A stretch of DNA of 63,671 nucleotides, counting the filler, from Nemertoderma westbladi (lineage: Eukaryota; Animalia; Xenacoelomorpha): assembly GCA_032718475.1 (NCBI GenBank). It is 4 parts of 4 records of this genome, joined end to end, with 100 filler letters (N's around TTAATTAATTAA, not from the genome) between each part and the next. Parts side by side here need not be neighbours in the genome. Positions count along the whole stretch, not along the records: positions 1 to 22,143 come from JAUCBJ010003930.1; positions 22,244 to 48,790 come from JAUCBJ010008222.1; 2 more parts are not named here. One strand, given 5' to 3'. Within the stretch, counting starts at the first letter, position 1. The number at the start of each line of letters is the position of its first letter. The notes beneath the pieces were generated by a model. The model was given only the letters and a program-made list of their open reading frames with translations. It searched no databases and had not been told where the DNA came from. This document shows positions 14,217 to 25,389 of the stretch, piece by piece. A program made the translations under genes and the position numbers.

Positions 14217-15170
14217 TATTAGGAGCCCGCTTGACAGCGGGATACTTACTGTAAGAATCTCAGGGATACTTTCTGTAAAAATCTCAGGATACATTACAGT
14301 ACACTGACTGACTGACTGACATACTGACTGATAATTATCTAGGTTAAGGCACTTCCTGCCTGGCGATTTTGATAAAATTTTGCAAGTACATTGCTTTGGT
14401 GGTTCATAATCGCGTTACAAAATTTCAGATCGATTTAGGAGCCCGCTTGACAGCGGGATACTTACTGTAAGAATCTCAGGGATACTTTCTGTAAAAATCT
14501 CAGGATACATTACACTGACTGACTGACTGACATACTGACTGATAATTATCTAGGTTAAGGCACTTCCTGCCTGGCGATTTTGATAAAATTTTGCAAGTAC
14601 ATTGCTTTGGTGGTTCATAATCGCGTTACAAAATTTCAGATCGATTCTATGTGTGGTATTCGATATATTTAGTTTTTTGACATTGTTTTGTCGCGAAATT
14701 AAAAGCAATGGTAAAATAACAGCTGGTGTTCATGATGAAATATGGCTTAATATGTTATACACAGTCATAGAAAAACGTGTTGGTTGCCAAGTTTTACTAG
14801 TAGGCTATAAGGAAAGGCAATGTTTACTCACACATAAGCTGTTGGTTTCTAATGTATTACCCCATAAGCTGATTGCTCTCCCAGTGCTTCCTAAGGGTAT
14901 ATCTACAATAAGGTTACTCACTCTGCTATGTTAGGGCGTGGATCAGGAGAATGAATTTTAGTTACACAAAGCAGTGTGTTGTGTCCTATTGCAGTCGATA
15001 CTCACTGTGGATTGCAAAATGTTTTATAGTTGACCTACACTATAATACAGTAGTTGCATGTATTTAAGGAGCCCGCTCTGGCCTACCGCCTAAGGAGTAC
15101 CTATATTACATATTCACATAGAATTCACTGGGAAGAGATATTCCGCTTGACGACGGGGTAATACCTATAG
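14217..15170. mobile_element. Probable Helentron/DINE-1-like non-autonomous element (HINE) with duplicated 5' block
   Basis: Starts TTATTAGGAGCCCGCTTGACAGCGGG (hairpin), has an (ACTG)n microsatellite and a 216-bp tandem duplication (14221/14437); the AGGAGCCCGCT motif recurs at ~15067 and CCGCTTGAC at ~15143. Right boundary uncertain. Confidence 0.45.
14219..14646. repeat. Two-copy tandem duplication (~216 bp)
   Basis: Near-identical blocks starting at 14221 and 14437, differing mainly around the ACTG microsatellite. Confidence 0.95.
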
Positions 15171-15329
15171 AAGGAAACTAAATTTGTTATTTGGCTCTAT
15201 TCGTTGTTATTTATCTGGTTGTGCATCATGGGCATTTTTTATAAATATTCGGTAATCGCATCTTATATCTTGTAAACGTTCTTGATAATTAAATTATTTG
15301 CTTCATATTATATTTTTGTTAGTGGTAGC

Positions 15330-15603
15330 TGTTGTGAGACGATAAGGTGAGGAAATATCAAGGTGTATTTCGTACCGCTACGCTCAGATTAAGTTTATTT
15401 TATGATAACAAGATAATTAATAATAACGTAGGTTGTTAGACGTCAGTATCAGTACTGCAGTAATATGGTACTGACATACAGCAGTACAGCAGAAAAGTGT
15501 TAATACCGCGGTACAGCAGAAATGTTACCGAATATGAAAGTATGTTAATGAGATAGATAGTCTATAGGCTACGCGTATGGCAATTAGTAATGATATCCTC
15601 ACA
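15330..15603 (-). repeat. 3' LTR (274 bp)
   Basis: One visible mismatch to the 5' LTR (agatagatag vs agatacatag); adjacent polypurine tract on the - strand at ~15604-15614. Confidence 0.97.
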
Positions 15604-15733
15604 CCCCCTTTCTAGTTTGAAGGTGTATGATAAACTAACAAGAAGAAGTTAGTTTCAGTTTCAAAGTCTGTTAGGTTGGCATTGGTGCCGTTTAGAAAAG
15701 TTTATGCGCGGCCAAAAAGAAATAGTTTCAGTT

Positions 15734-18460
15734 TCAAAGTCTGTTAGGTTGGCGTCTGTGCCGTTTAGGGTAGTTTTTGCGCGGCCGAGCTGGTATTGCG
15801 GACTCGTTTACGAGTTGTTTCGCCCATCGCACTTGTTTGGTAGGGCAGTCGTAGGGGGGAGGGTCGGTTTGAAAGACGACGTCTCTGCCGGAGGTCCCCA
15901 TAGAAGTGTCCCGAGATGTCCCGGTGTGATCGTGGAGTAGATGGCGGCGGTTTCGAGTGAGGCACCGTCCCGAAGGCGTGGCGGACTTTGTAGCTGCGCA
16001 GAGTGGCCTGCTCGACCACAGTTCCGGTGCGGTCCCAACGTTTAGAAGTTGGGTTTTGTATGCGTACTGTATCCCCGATAGAGAAGTGAGGGAGGGTTTT
16101 TTGAGCCGCGGTTGTAATACGACGCGTGGGACGCAATAAGAGTTGGGACACAACTGTCCAGTTCCGTGCGGACCCGTTGATGGTCAGAGAGGAAGGCTCG
16201 GCTGTGTATCGGGACTCGAGTACGCATAGGGTGCCCGAATAGTATTTCGGCGGGGGATTTCCCATGGGCTCGGGGTAAATTTCGCAGCTCCAGGAGTCCC
16301 TCCTGGAATTCAGTTGAACGTATTTTCCCCCCCGTTTTCGTTAATAAAGTTTTGAGAGCTTTAACAGCCGACTCCGCATGGCCATTGCCCTGCGGATATT
16401 CCGGAGAAGAGTACACCTGTTCGACTCCCCAATCACGGAGGAACTTTGTGAGATTCAGACCCGTAAATTGCGTTCCGCCGTCGGATTTGAAGGTGTTTGG
16501 GACACCATAGTGGACAAATGTGTCCCGCAGGTGGGTCGCCGTGGATGCTGCTGTAGGATAGCTACTGTAGGGGTATATTTCTGGCCATCCCGAATAGCGA
16601 TCGGCGATGGCAAGGAAGTGGTCTCCATCGAGGGAGAATATGTCGCCTGAAATTTCTTCGAATGGGCGACTGGCCTCGTGGTCCCGGAGGAGTGGTTCCT
16701 TCGCCAAACTTGGGCGAAGGGTGAGGCATGGTTCGCACGCCAAAATGGAGGTCCTAACGTCGTTGGTTAGACCGGGCCAGTAAACGGTTTGGCGGGCACG
16801 ACGTAGAGTTTTGTTGACTCCCTGATGAGCAGAGTGAAGTTGAGCGAGGACTTCCTTCCTTGCGGCGCGGGGAATTACGATTCTCTGGCCGTAGAGTGCC
16901 AGGTCGTTGTCTGTTGAAAGTTCTTCCCGAATGGACCAATATGGAGCCACTCCAGGGAGGTCGCGGGAAGTTAGTGGAAAGCCAGATTGGATTGACTGAA
17001 GTAAGTCAACGTAGTCTGGGTCGCCCCGGGCTGTCCGACAGAGGGATTCGAGGATCAAGTCGGGAGATTTATTCGTCGGTTCGGGGTTGTTGACGATATC
17101 TGCAGCCTTTTGCAGCGTGACCGCATGGATATAAGACTCTATTTCTCCGTCATCGATGACGTCATCATCAGTCGGGTCATCGACGGGAGCGCGGGACAAC
17201 GCATCCGGAATCCGGTGTTCTTTACCTTTTTTCCATTTAGTGGTAAATACAAAGGGACTGAGTTTTGCCTTTAATCGTTGAAGGCGGGCATTGTCCGTGT
17301 CGTCTATTGTGTATCTATTAAGTATAGTTACTAAGGGCTGGTGGTCCACAATCAGGGTGAAGTGGGGAAGGCCGAGGAGGTAGAGGCGGCATTTTTTTGT
17401 GGCCCAGGCGACGGCGAGTAGTTCCAGTTCCACCATCGCGTACCGAGATTCTGTGTCGGTTATAAATCTGGAGCCACACTCCACTAACTTCCAGGTTTCC
17501 TCGTGCAGCTGTAATAATGCATACCCCAGGCCATTCTTCCGGGAGGCGTCGGTTTGGAGAGAAGTTACGCGTTCCGGTTCGAATCAGCGCTCGTTTCGTG
17601 TTCTCGAATGCGTCCTCGTGATCGCTTTTCCATAGGAACTGATTAGTTGACCTGAGCAAAGGATGTAGAGGCATCATAACGGTGGAGATTTCCGTCGAGA
17701 AGGAGGCTAGTTGCTCTACTAGTCCCACGAAACTCCGTAGGTCCCTTATATTCGTGGGACGTGGGAAGTCAGCGATGGCATGGACCTTCGCCGGGTCGGC
17801 CCGTATTCCGTCGGCGCCGATTATGTATCCAGCGAATTTCACCTCCCGCAAGGCAAACTGCACTTTATCGGGGTGCAGGGAAATACCCGTCTCCCGGCAT
17901 CGGAGAAGGAAACGGCGTATACTGGCGAGGTGGGCGTCGATCGTATCATCGAAGAGGAGGACATCGTCGACCAGTTTGAGGAGGTTAGGAAGGTCACGAA
18001 GGGCATCGTCACCCCGTCGATTATATTCGTCCTCACTTGATATTAAACCCATTACACTTCGAAGATGTTTGTACCTCCCCCAGGGGGTTATAAATGTGGT
18101 TAGAAGTTGGGTTTTTTCCTCGAGCGGTATCTGCCAGTACCCCGATGCGGCATCAAAAACCGAAAAGTACTTTGCAGTTGTCGACACACCGGAAACTACT
18201 ACCCGGGGACTAGGGGTGGGGTAGTAGGGTCGTTTGACCTGGCTGTTTAAGTGATGTAAATCTACGCAGAGTCGTAATTTACCATTTGGTTTACGGACAA
18301 CAGTCATCGGGTGGGCCCAATCGGTGGGCTCTGTAACCCGTTCGATGATCTGTCGGCGCTCCATATCCCCGAGGAGCGACTGAACTTCATCTCGCAACGC
18401 AAACGGAATTGGTCGACAACCATTGGCATGGAAGGGCGCCGCGTCATCCTTCAATTCCAC
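15734..18460 (-). pseudogene. pol (RT-RNase H-integrase) broken by frameshifts
   Basis: RT motifs LRLCVDL, FDAASGYWQIPL, LVDD; RNase [25 protein letters not shown]; integrase zinc finger H-x3-H...CEPC, SDGGTQF, GNGHAE; split across ORFs 17318-18460, 16042-17484, 15765-16265 and 15734-16153. Confidence 0.9.
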
Positions 18461-20180
18461 CGCATAGGGTCCCCCACCATGGTTGTAAGGGGTTTCGAAT
18501 TATTATCGAAAACATCTGCGAATTGGGCGAGGATCTCATCGCGAGAACGAGAGATAGTTGTCCCGGGGTCGGGGGCCGTTACGGCGTTTATCCGACGTTG
18601 AGGGAAATCCGGAGGGAGTATATCTAGTCCCTTGAGAGCAGCGAGGTTTAATATAAGGCCGTCCACCTCTGGGGAGACTACGATTTTCGCCAATGTTGAA
18701 CCTCCATCGTAATCGATCCGAGCACGGAATAAGCCGTCGACATCGATCGGGAGGTGGTTGGCGGCCCGGAGGTCGGCTGTCGGGTATGGGGTTAAGTCGT
18801 CCAGTCGACCACCCATTGCTGCGTATTCGTCGTATCCCAACATAGTTGCAGCAGCGCCGCTGTCTGGGAGTACGCAGCCCCGAACTGTTCCGAAAATTCT
18901 ACCGGGTTGAAAGTCTGTGCGTCGGATATCAACAGTTATGTAAGCAAGAGGACAGGTAGCGCCGGGGAACTCCTGTTCGTTGCGAATAGAGTTTATTCCG
19001 CTGGGTGGGAGGATGGTGGAGACTCTGTCCGACTCTCTGCGATCTGGTTTGTCGCTGCCTTTTGTAGAACGACAGACTGCAGCGAAATGTCCAGTTGCCT
19101 GACATTTATCGCATGTTTTGTTACTCGCGGGACAGGCCGCCCGCGATGCAGCGTGTTGTCGGCCGCAGAATTTACAGTTGCGCTCCAAGCTGGGTGCGGG
19201 AGAGTGAGAGTTTTTGTTGGATTTTCTGTAACGGTAAGTGGAGCGGCCGCGTGGTCGACGCGTAGATTTAATCGCTGTCACCGGGGCGCCGCGCCCTATT
19301 ATTGAGTCGTTCTTCTCTCCAACCTCCATTGATTGACACGTCTGAACGCATTCGGCCAGTGTTGGTTGCGGAAGCTTTTTTAGTAGTTCCGTTCGTGTCT
19401 CTGACGAACGTATCCCAACCAAGATTTGTGTGACGATCTGCTCATCCCGACAGTCTGTACATAGTTCTGCGTCATCCGCCAAGAATTCCAGTGCGACGTG
19501 GAAGTTATCGAAAGATTCCGTTGGGCCCTGTTTGCGATCGTGGAAGCGAATACGATCGATCGCAACACTTCGTTTAGATCGAAGGTGGGCCTGTAATGTG
19601 TCCATGACATAGTCCGTTGTGGTGTCATCTCCATCGAGGTCTACGTGCAGAGTTACCTTGAGAGTCTGTTGTAGATCGCGTCCCAAAGCAGAAGCAAGGG
19701 CATAAACTTGTTCACTGCGGGTGAAAGAGTGAGCCTGTTGTCGCTGACAGTGGATCTTCCAGGCTTCCCGCCAACGACGAAATGCGGAGAATTCTATATC
19801 TCCATCTATCTTTTCCACGTCCTTTATATCTAGGACGCGACGCCGAGGTTGGGGGTTATCCGCATGGTCGAGTCGTTCAGCGGCGGAATAGGCGGGGGCT
19901 GTCCGTACGCCATGCTGCGGTTGTAGAGTCACCAGCTGAGTCATCATCTGTGTTAGCTGGTTGAACCGCTGGTCAGCGCGCGCGTCAGATTCTGCGCGCT
20001 GTTGGTCTGCCACCAGTTGCTGTCTTAAGAGTTGGCGTCGGAGGTTATCGATCTCGAGTTTGTATTGTATTCCGATTCTCCGGTACCGATAGCGGGTTCA
20101 GTGGGCTCGGACATCCAGTCTGCGTCGTTGCCTGTGTTGTCCCCGCTGACCGATTGTGTGGGTTCGCCCTGATGAGACAT
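18451..20180 (-). pseudogene. gag-protease of the Gypsy element (ATG at 20180, frameshift near 20027)
   Basis: MSHQGEP... from the ATG at 20180 stops near 20025; the other frame continues LRQQLVADQQ... with a double zinc knuckle CKFCGRQH...C...CDKCQATGHFAAVC and protease LPDSGA. Confidence 0.88.
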
Positions 20181-20257
20181 TGTGAGTTTTCGCGATCAGT
20201 AAACCTGTAGATTGCTGTATAGATGTTTAACAATAAATTAACATACATACTGCGCCA

Positions 20258-20531
20258 TGTTGTGAGACGATAAGGTGAGGAAATATCAAGGTGTATTTCG
20301 TACCGCTACGCTCAGATTAAGTTTATTTTATGATAACAAGATAATTAATAATAACGTAGGTTGTTAGACGTCAGTATCAGTACTGCAGTAATATGGTACT
20401 GACATACAGCAGTACAGCAGAAAAGTGTTAATACCGCGGTACAGCAGAAATGTTACCGAATATGAAAGTATGTTAATGAGATACATAGTCTATAGGCTAC
20501 GCGTATGGCAATTAGTAATGATATCCTCACA
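20258..20531 (-). repeat. 5' LTR (274 bp) followed by PBS
   Basis: TGGCGCAGT directly internal to the LTR on the - strand; compatible with a tRNA-Ser 3' end (inference). Confidence 0.95.
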
Positions 20532-20612
20532 GTAGCTAAGTTGCATTTTTTATTATGTGGGGCGAGCCACAAAGTCAGCTAGCCTCACGCCTTGCAGTTT
20601 AGACAATTTTAA

Positions 20613-21650
20613 GGTACAAGTACAAGCACAAATGCTTGTACCAATACAAGTACAAGTACAAGTACAATTACAAGTTCAAGTCAAGTACAAGCACAAGCAC
20701 AAGCACAAGTGCCCGTACCAGTACAAGTACATGTTCAAGAACAAGTACAGGTACAAGTACAAGTACAAGCACAAGTGCCCGTACCAGAACAAGTACAAGT
20801 TCAAGTACAAGTACAAGTGCAAGTTCAAGTACAAGTACAAGTACAAGTACAAGTACAAGTACAAGTACAAGTACAAGTACAAGTACAAGTACAAGCACAA
20901 GTGCCCGTACCAGAACAAGTACAAGTTCAGGTACAAGTACAAGTACAATTACAAGTCAAGTTCAAGTTCAAGTCAAGTACAAGTACAAGTACAAGTACAA
21001 AGTACAAGTACAAGTACAAGTAAAGTACAAGTACAAGTACAAGTACAAGTACAAGTACAATTACAAGTACAAGTTCAAGTTCAAGTACAAGTTCAAGTAC
21101 AAGTACAAGTTCAAGTACAAGTACAAGTACAATTACAAGTATCAAGTACAAGTACAAGCACAAGTGCCCGTACCAGAACAAGTACAAGTTCAAGTACAAG
21201 TGCAAGTTCAAGTACAAGTACAAGTACAAGTACAGGTACAAGTATAAGTACAAGCACAAGTGCCCGTACCAGAACAAGTACAAGTTCAGGTACAAGTACA
21301 AGTACAAGTACAATTACAAGTTTAAGTTCAAGTTCAAGTACAAGTACAAGTACAAGTACAAGTACAAGTACAAGTACAGGTACAAGTACAAGCACAAATG
21401 CTTGTACCAATACAAGTACAAGTACAAGTACAATTACAAGTTCAAGTACAAGTACAAGCACAAGCACAAGTGCCCGTACCAGTACAAGTACATGTTCAAG
21501 AACAAGTACAGGTACAAGTACAAGTACAAGCACAAATGCCCGTACCAGTCAAGTTCAAGTACAAGTACAAGTACAAGTACAAGTACAAGTACAAGTACAA
21601 GTACAAGTACAAGTACCGGTACCAGTACAAGTTCCAGTACCAGTACCTGT
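20613..21650. repeat. (TACAAG)n hexamer microsatellite with higher-order blocks
   Basis: AGTACA repeats interrupted by recurring GTGCCCGTACCAG and AAATGCTTGTACCAATAC marker units. Confidence 0.95.
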
Positions 21651-22143
21651 AACCGATACCAATAACCGATATTGATATTGTAATCGGCATTGAAACCAAT
21701 GGCATTGCATAACATAGCATATATAATAATAAATTTCGAATAAGGTTATTCTTCATACTGATTCTTAGTTATTGGTATGAATAGATAGATCAATTTACAG
21801 TGAATCTAAAGAACTTTAAACCAGCATTTTTCATCCACGAGAACCCAAGATACAGCTATCACAATATACCCACGTCCCACACTATGCATTATTATCTTCT
21901 AAGAAATAGTATCCATCCCTTCCCCTTATTAATTAATTGTACAATAGGAATAGTGTCATACACCACCATGTGGCACAGTACGAATTGACTTCGACCGCTA
22001 GAGACGCTACAGAATGACGGCCGGGGGGGGTATGCCGCTAGAGACATTTAATAATTATATGCGACCGGACTGGCCCTTACCATGGTATTGCCATAGTTAC
22101 TCCATGGTATTCTATGGCGCGATATTGCAAAAAAAACATAATG

Positions 22144-22243
22144 NNNNNNNNNNNNNNNNNNNNNNNNNNNNNNNNNNNNNNNNNNNNTTAATTAATTAAN
22201 NNNNNNNNNNNNNNNNNNNNNNNNNNNNNNNNNNNNNNNNNNN
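22144..22243. other. Artificial contig spacer N44-TTAATTAATTAA-N44
   Basis: Exactly 100 bp with a six-frame-stop linker; identical to the other two spacers. Confidence 0.97.
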
Positions 22244-22521
22244 AAAACTCGATATTAAAATATGTGAAATACACATAACATAGAAACATACATACAGAAC
22301 AAAGAATACACAAAAGGTCGAGGGAGGGAAACTGCCCAGGCTCAAGGCACTTACGGGAGTTTGGGTACTATAAAGTGAACATAAAATATACTGTAATGCA
22401 CATACAGTACACTTTACAAATTGCTATAATATTTTAAATTTCTAATAAAATTGAGACTTATAAAAAGAAAAACGAGACGAAAAACTAAAACAATAAAAAA
22501 AAATGACAAAAAAGATATTTG

Positions 22522-25389
22522 TCACTGTTGTACTAAAAATAATGGATTGCCAGGGGGTCGTGTAAAATTACAGTGTTCCAAAAAGTCGATCGCCAGCAAC
22601 TTGCGTGAAAATATTTTCAGGTTACAAGAATCAACTACTGAAGAAGGGAGATTATTCCATAATCTGACTGCACGAGATGAGAAAGAATGTTTGCTGATAT
22701 CTAAACGACACCTAGGTACGTAAAGTTTCCTACTGTTGCCACGAAGACCAGCTCGGGGAGCTTGAGAGAAATAATTATCAAAGTCAAGATCAACAAGACC
22801 GTGTGTAATTTTGTAAACCATTTTTAGGTCGAATATCATTCGACGCACTTCTAAAGGTTGTAGGGAAAGCAGTTCGAGGCGGTCCATGTAGCTAGAGTAG
22901 GGTATCTTACAGCGCATAAACAGACGACGAGTAAAGTAGCGTTGAACACCCTCAATCATGTCTATGCTGCGTTTTGTATGTGGAGACCAGACAGGCGTGC
23001 AATATTCTACAAGTGGCCGAGCTATGGCTTTATAAGCTATTATTAAAGCTTGACGGTTACTAGTTACGATGCTCCGGAATAACATATTGATAACTTTGTA
23101 AGCTTTTGCTGTTTGGTCTCTACAATAAAGATCGAATTTTAGATCGGATGAAATTGTTAGGCCCAGGTCCTTACAGTGTGTATCAGAGGTGAGCACAGAC
23201 GAATTGAGAGTGTATTCGCGCTTCGCATTGGATGAGCCAACATAAATAACAATACATTTATGGGTTGCAATAGAGAGCTGCCATTCGCTCGCCCATGCCT
23301 CCAGCTTGCTGAGTGCTTGGGCGAGGGATTCACTCTCGGTTGTACTAGAATACAATTTCACATCATCAGCAAAAAGTTTCACTGTTATGGGATTTAACAG
23401 GTCTGGCAGATCGTTAATGAAAACAAGAAATAGCACTGGTCCCAGAACACTTCCTTGGGGTGTGCCTGATTTCACAGCAACTAATGGTGAAAACTCATTT
23501 CCGACAATAATTTGTTGAGATCTGTTTGAGAGGAAAGCATTCAACCAATCTAGTAGATTTCCAGAAATCCCATAAGCAGCTAACTTACACAATAATTTTG
23601 ATTTAACTACAGAATCGAAAGCTTTGGCAAAGTCAACATATATAATATCGATATTCCTACGTTTATCTAAAATACGAAACCAGTCAGTCACACAATCTAA
23701 TAGCTGGGTACACGTGGATTTACGATGAAGAAACCCGTGTTGGGACTTCGAAATAATATTATTATTGCGTAGATACAGAATAATGTCACTTTTTATACAC
23801 ATTTCCATCACTTTACAAGATATGCACGTTAACGATATTGGACGGTAATTGTATGGGTTACAAGGATCACCCTTTTTAAACATTGGTATAATAGTAGCTG
23901 TGAGCCATGCAGATGGAAGTGTGTATGTTTCGAGAGATAACTTAAATAAAACAGATAGTGGTGCGGCGATATTAATAGCTAATCTGGAAAATAAAATGCT
24001 AGGCAAGTTGTCTGGCGTCGCACTCTTTTTGGCTGGCATTTTAGTTAACATTGTTAACACACGAACTGGGGATAAATCTACAGTAGACAAAGATGTACCA
24101 GTAGGAACCCTACGGTTGAATATTGGGACACTGTGGTTGTCATTCGAAAAATTTTCCGCTAGCACGTCGGCGAAAATTTTCGCCTTAGTACTGTCATCTA
24201 CTACAGTTTCGCCGTTATGTTTCAAAGGTCCAATTACATTACGATCCTTCCTTTTGGAGTTCATATATTTAAATATTTTATTGGGGTCGGCCGAGTTGAG
24301 AATTTTAGTTTCGTATGCGCAGGTGGCACGAAGAGCCGCTTTGGAAGCTAGTAGTGCCACCCGCTGATACGCCTGTTTCCCATGCGCGGTATTACGCCTT
24401 TTCCACAGCTTTTTTTTTGCGCGCTGCAGGCGCTTAACATATAAAGGATAACTTTTTCTTTTATCGACATTAAACGATTTAAAAGGAACAAATTGTTCAA
24501 CACCTGATTTAATTACAGCACTAAAAGTATTGTAATATTCATTCACTGTAGTACAAGAAGCAAGCTGTGAAATAAGATCAGCATTTCTAATATAATTATT
24601 AAAAGAAGTATAGTCTCCGTTTGAGTAGTCATAGTATCCCGTAATAGGTGCAGGTGCGCTGTCATTTTTACATACAATGATATCAAACACAACACAATCG
24701 TGGTTACTAGTGGAAAACGGCGCGTCAGTGTGAACGTCGCTGATAAATTTCCGGTCAGTAGTAAACACTAGATCCAGAACATTATCTCCACAAGTGGGGA
24801 CTAACTGGATCTGGTATAAACTATTTTGTAACACAAAATCACCGAATTTATTATACAGGTAATTGTCGGGGTAAGAAAATTCTTTCCAATCGAATTGGGG
24901 AAAATTAAAATCACCTACAATGGTAAACGGAAAAACAACATCACAAAGAACTGATAGGTCATTCCAGAGGATCTGACTGTGATCTGAAACATCCGGACGG
25001 GGAGGTGGCCTATACACACAGGCTAACCGATGGGAGAGAGCGAGATGGCCTAATATATCAATGACCACCAACGAGTATTCTGTATTGTTTGAGTTAGCAG
25101 GGAGAGGTACTTCGACACATTTAAGATTTTTACGAGCTAAAATCGCGGCGCCTCCACCCTCGCGGAGTTTACGGTCAGCCCTGGCAATTACCGAGTAGTT
25201 ACTTCCATTCACTAGTAAAGAATTTGGTACATCGTTATTAAGCCACGTCTCAGTTATGCAAACTATATCGTATTGTTGATCAGATAGTAAATATTGTAAC
25301 TCTATCAGTTTATTTTTTAATGAGCGAGCATTAAAATGACAACACTTAATGAACGGTCCCAGTGCTGGGCTAGACCCTCCCTTTACTTG
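22522..25389 (-). CDS. LINE ORF2: APE endonuclease + reverse transcriptase (no in-frame AUG before the endonuclease)
   Basis: Open frame extends upstream of the ORF-track start: CCHFNARSLKNK...VCITETWL...GGGAAIL, VYRPP, VGDFN, LDLVFT, SNHD; RT YRPISLT, QHGF, DFAKAFD, PQGSVLGP, LFADD; C-terminal LRGNSRKL typical of CR1. Confidence 0.92.
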   Translation of the reverse strand, partial: QVKGGSSPALGPFIKCCHFNARSLKNKLIELQYLLSDQQYDIVCITETWLNNDVPNSLLVNGSNYSVIARADRKLREGGGAAILARKNLKCVEVPLPANSNNTEYSLVVIDILGHLALSHRLACVYRPPPRPDVSDHSQILWNDLSVLCDVVFPFTIVGDFNFPQFDWKEFSYPDNYLYNKFGDFVLQNSLYQIQLVPTCGDNVLDLVFTTDRKFISDVHTDAPFSTSNHDCVVFDIIVCKNDSAPAPITGYYDYSNGDYTSFNNYIRNADLISQLASCTTVNEYYNTFSAVIKSGVEQFVPFKSFNVDKRKSYPLYVKRLQRAKKKLWKRRNTAHGKQAYQRVALLASKAALRATCAYETKILNSADPNKIFKYMNSKRKDRNVIGPLKHNGETVVDDSTKAKIFADVLAENFSNDNHSVPIFNRRVPTGTSLSTVDLSPVRVLTMLTKMPAKKSATPDNLPSILFSRLAINIAAPLSVLFKLSLETYTLPSAWLTATIIPMFKKGDPCNPYNYRPISLTCISCKVMEMCIKSDIILYLRNNNIISKSQHGFLHRKSTCTQLLDCVTDWFRILDKRRNIDIIYVDFAKAFDSVVKSKLLCKLAAYGISGNLLDWLNAFLSNRSQQIIVGNEFSPLVAVKSGTPQGSVLGPVLFLVFINDLPDLLNPITVKLFADDVKLYSSTTESESLAQALSKLEAWASEWQLSIATHKCIVIYVGSSNAKREYTLNSSVLTSDTHCKDLGLTISSDLKFDLYCRDQTAKAYKVINMLFRSIVTSNRQALIIAYKAIARPLVEYCTPVWSPHTKRSIDMIEGVQRYFTRRLFMRCKIPYSSYMDRLELLSLQPLEVRRMIFDLKMVYKITHGLVDLDFDNYFSQAPRAGLRGNSRKLYVPRCRLDISKHSFSSRAVRLWNNLPSSVVDSCNLKIFSRKLLAIDFLEHCNFTRPPGNPLFLVQQ

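Larger units (their letters stand above)
15330..20531 (-). mobile_element. Full-length Ty3/Gypsy LTR retrotransposon (Mag-like), defective
   Basis: 274-bp TG...CA LTRs at 15330-15603 and 20258-20531; GTAGC TSD (15325-15329, 20532-20536); PBS TGGCGCAGT; PPT AGAAAGGGGG; domain order gag-PR-RT-RH-IN. Confidence 0.97.

Noticed and set aside
18445-18470. Programmed gag/pol frameshift in the Gypsy element
   Set aside because: No slippery heptamer, the shift falls after the protease, and it is one of several indel lesions.
20557-21756. Long QV/KY/ST-repeat ORFs
   Set aside because: Translations of the (TACAAG)n microsatellite, open in many frames.
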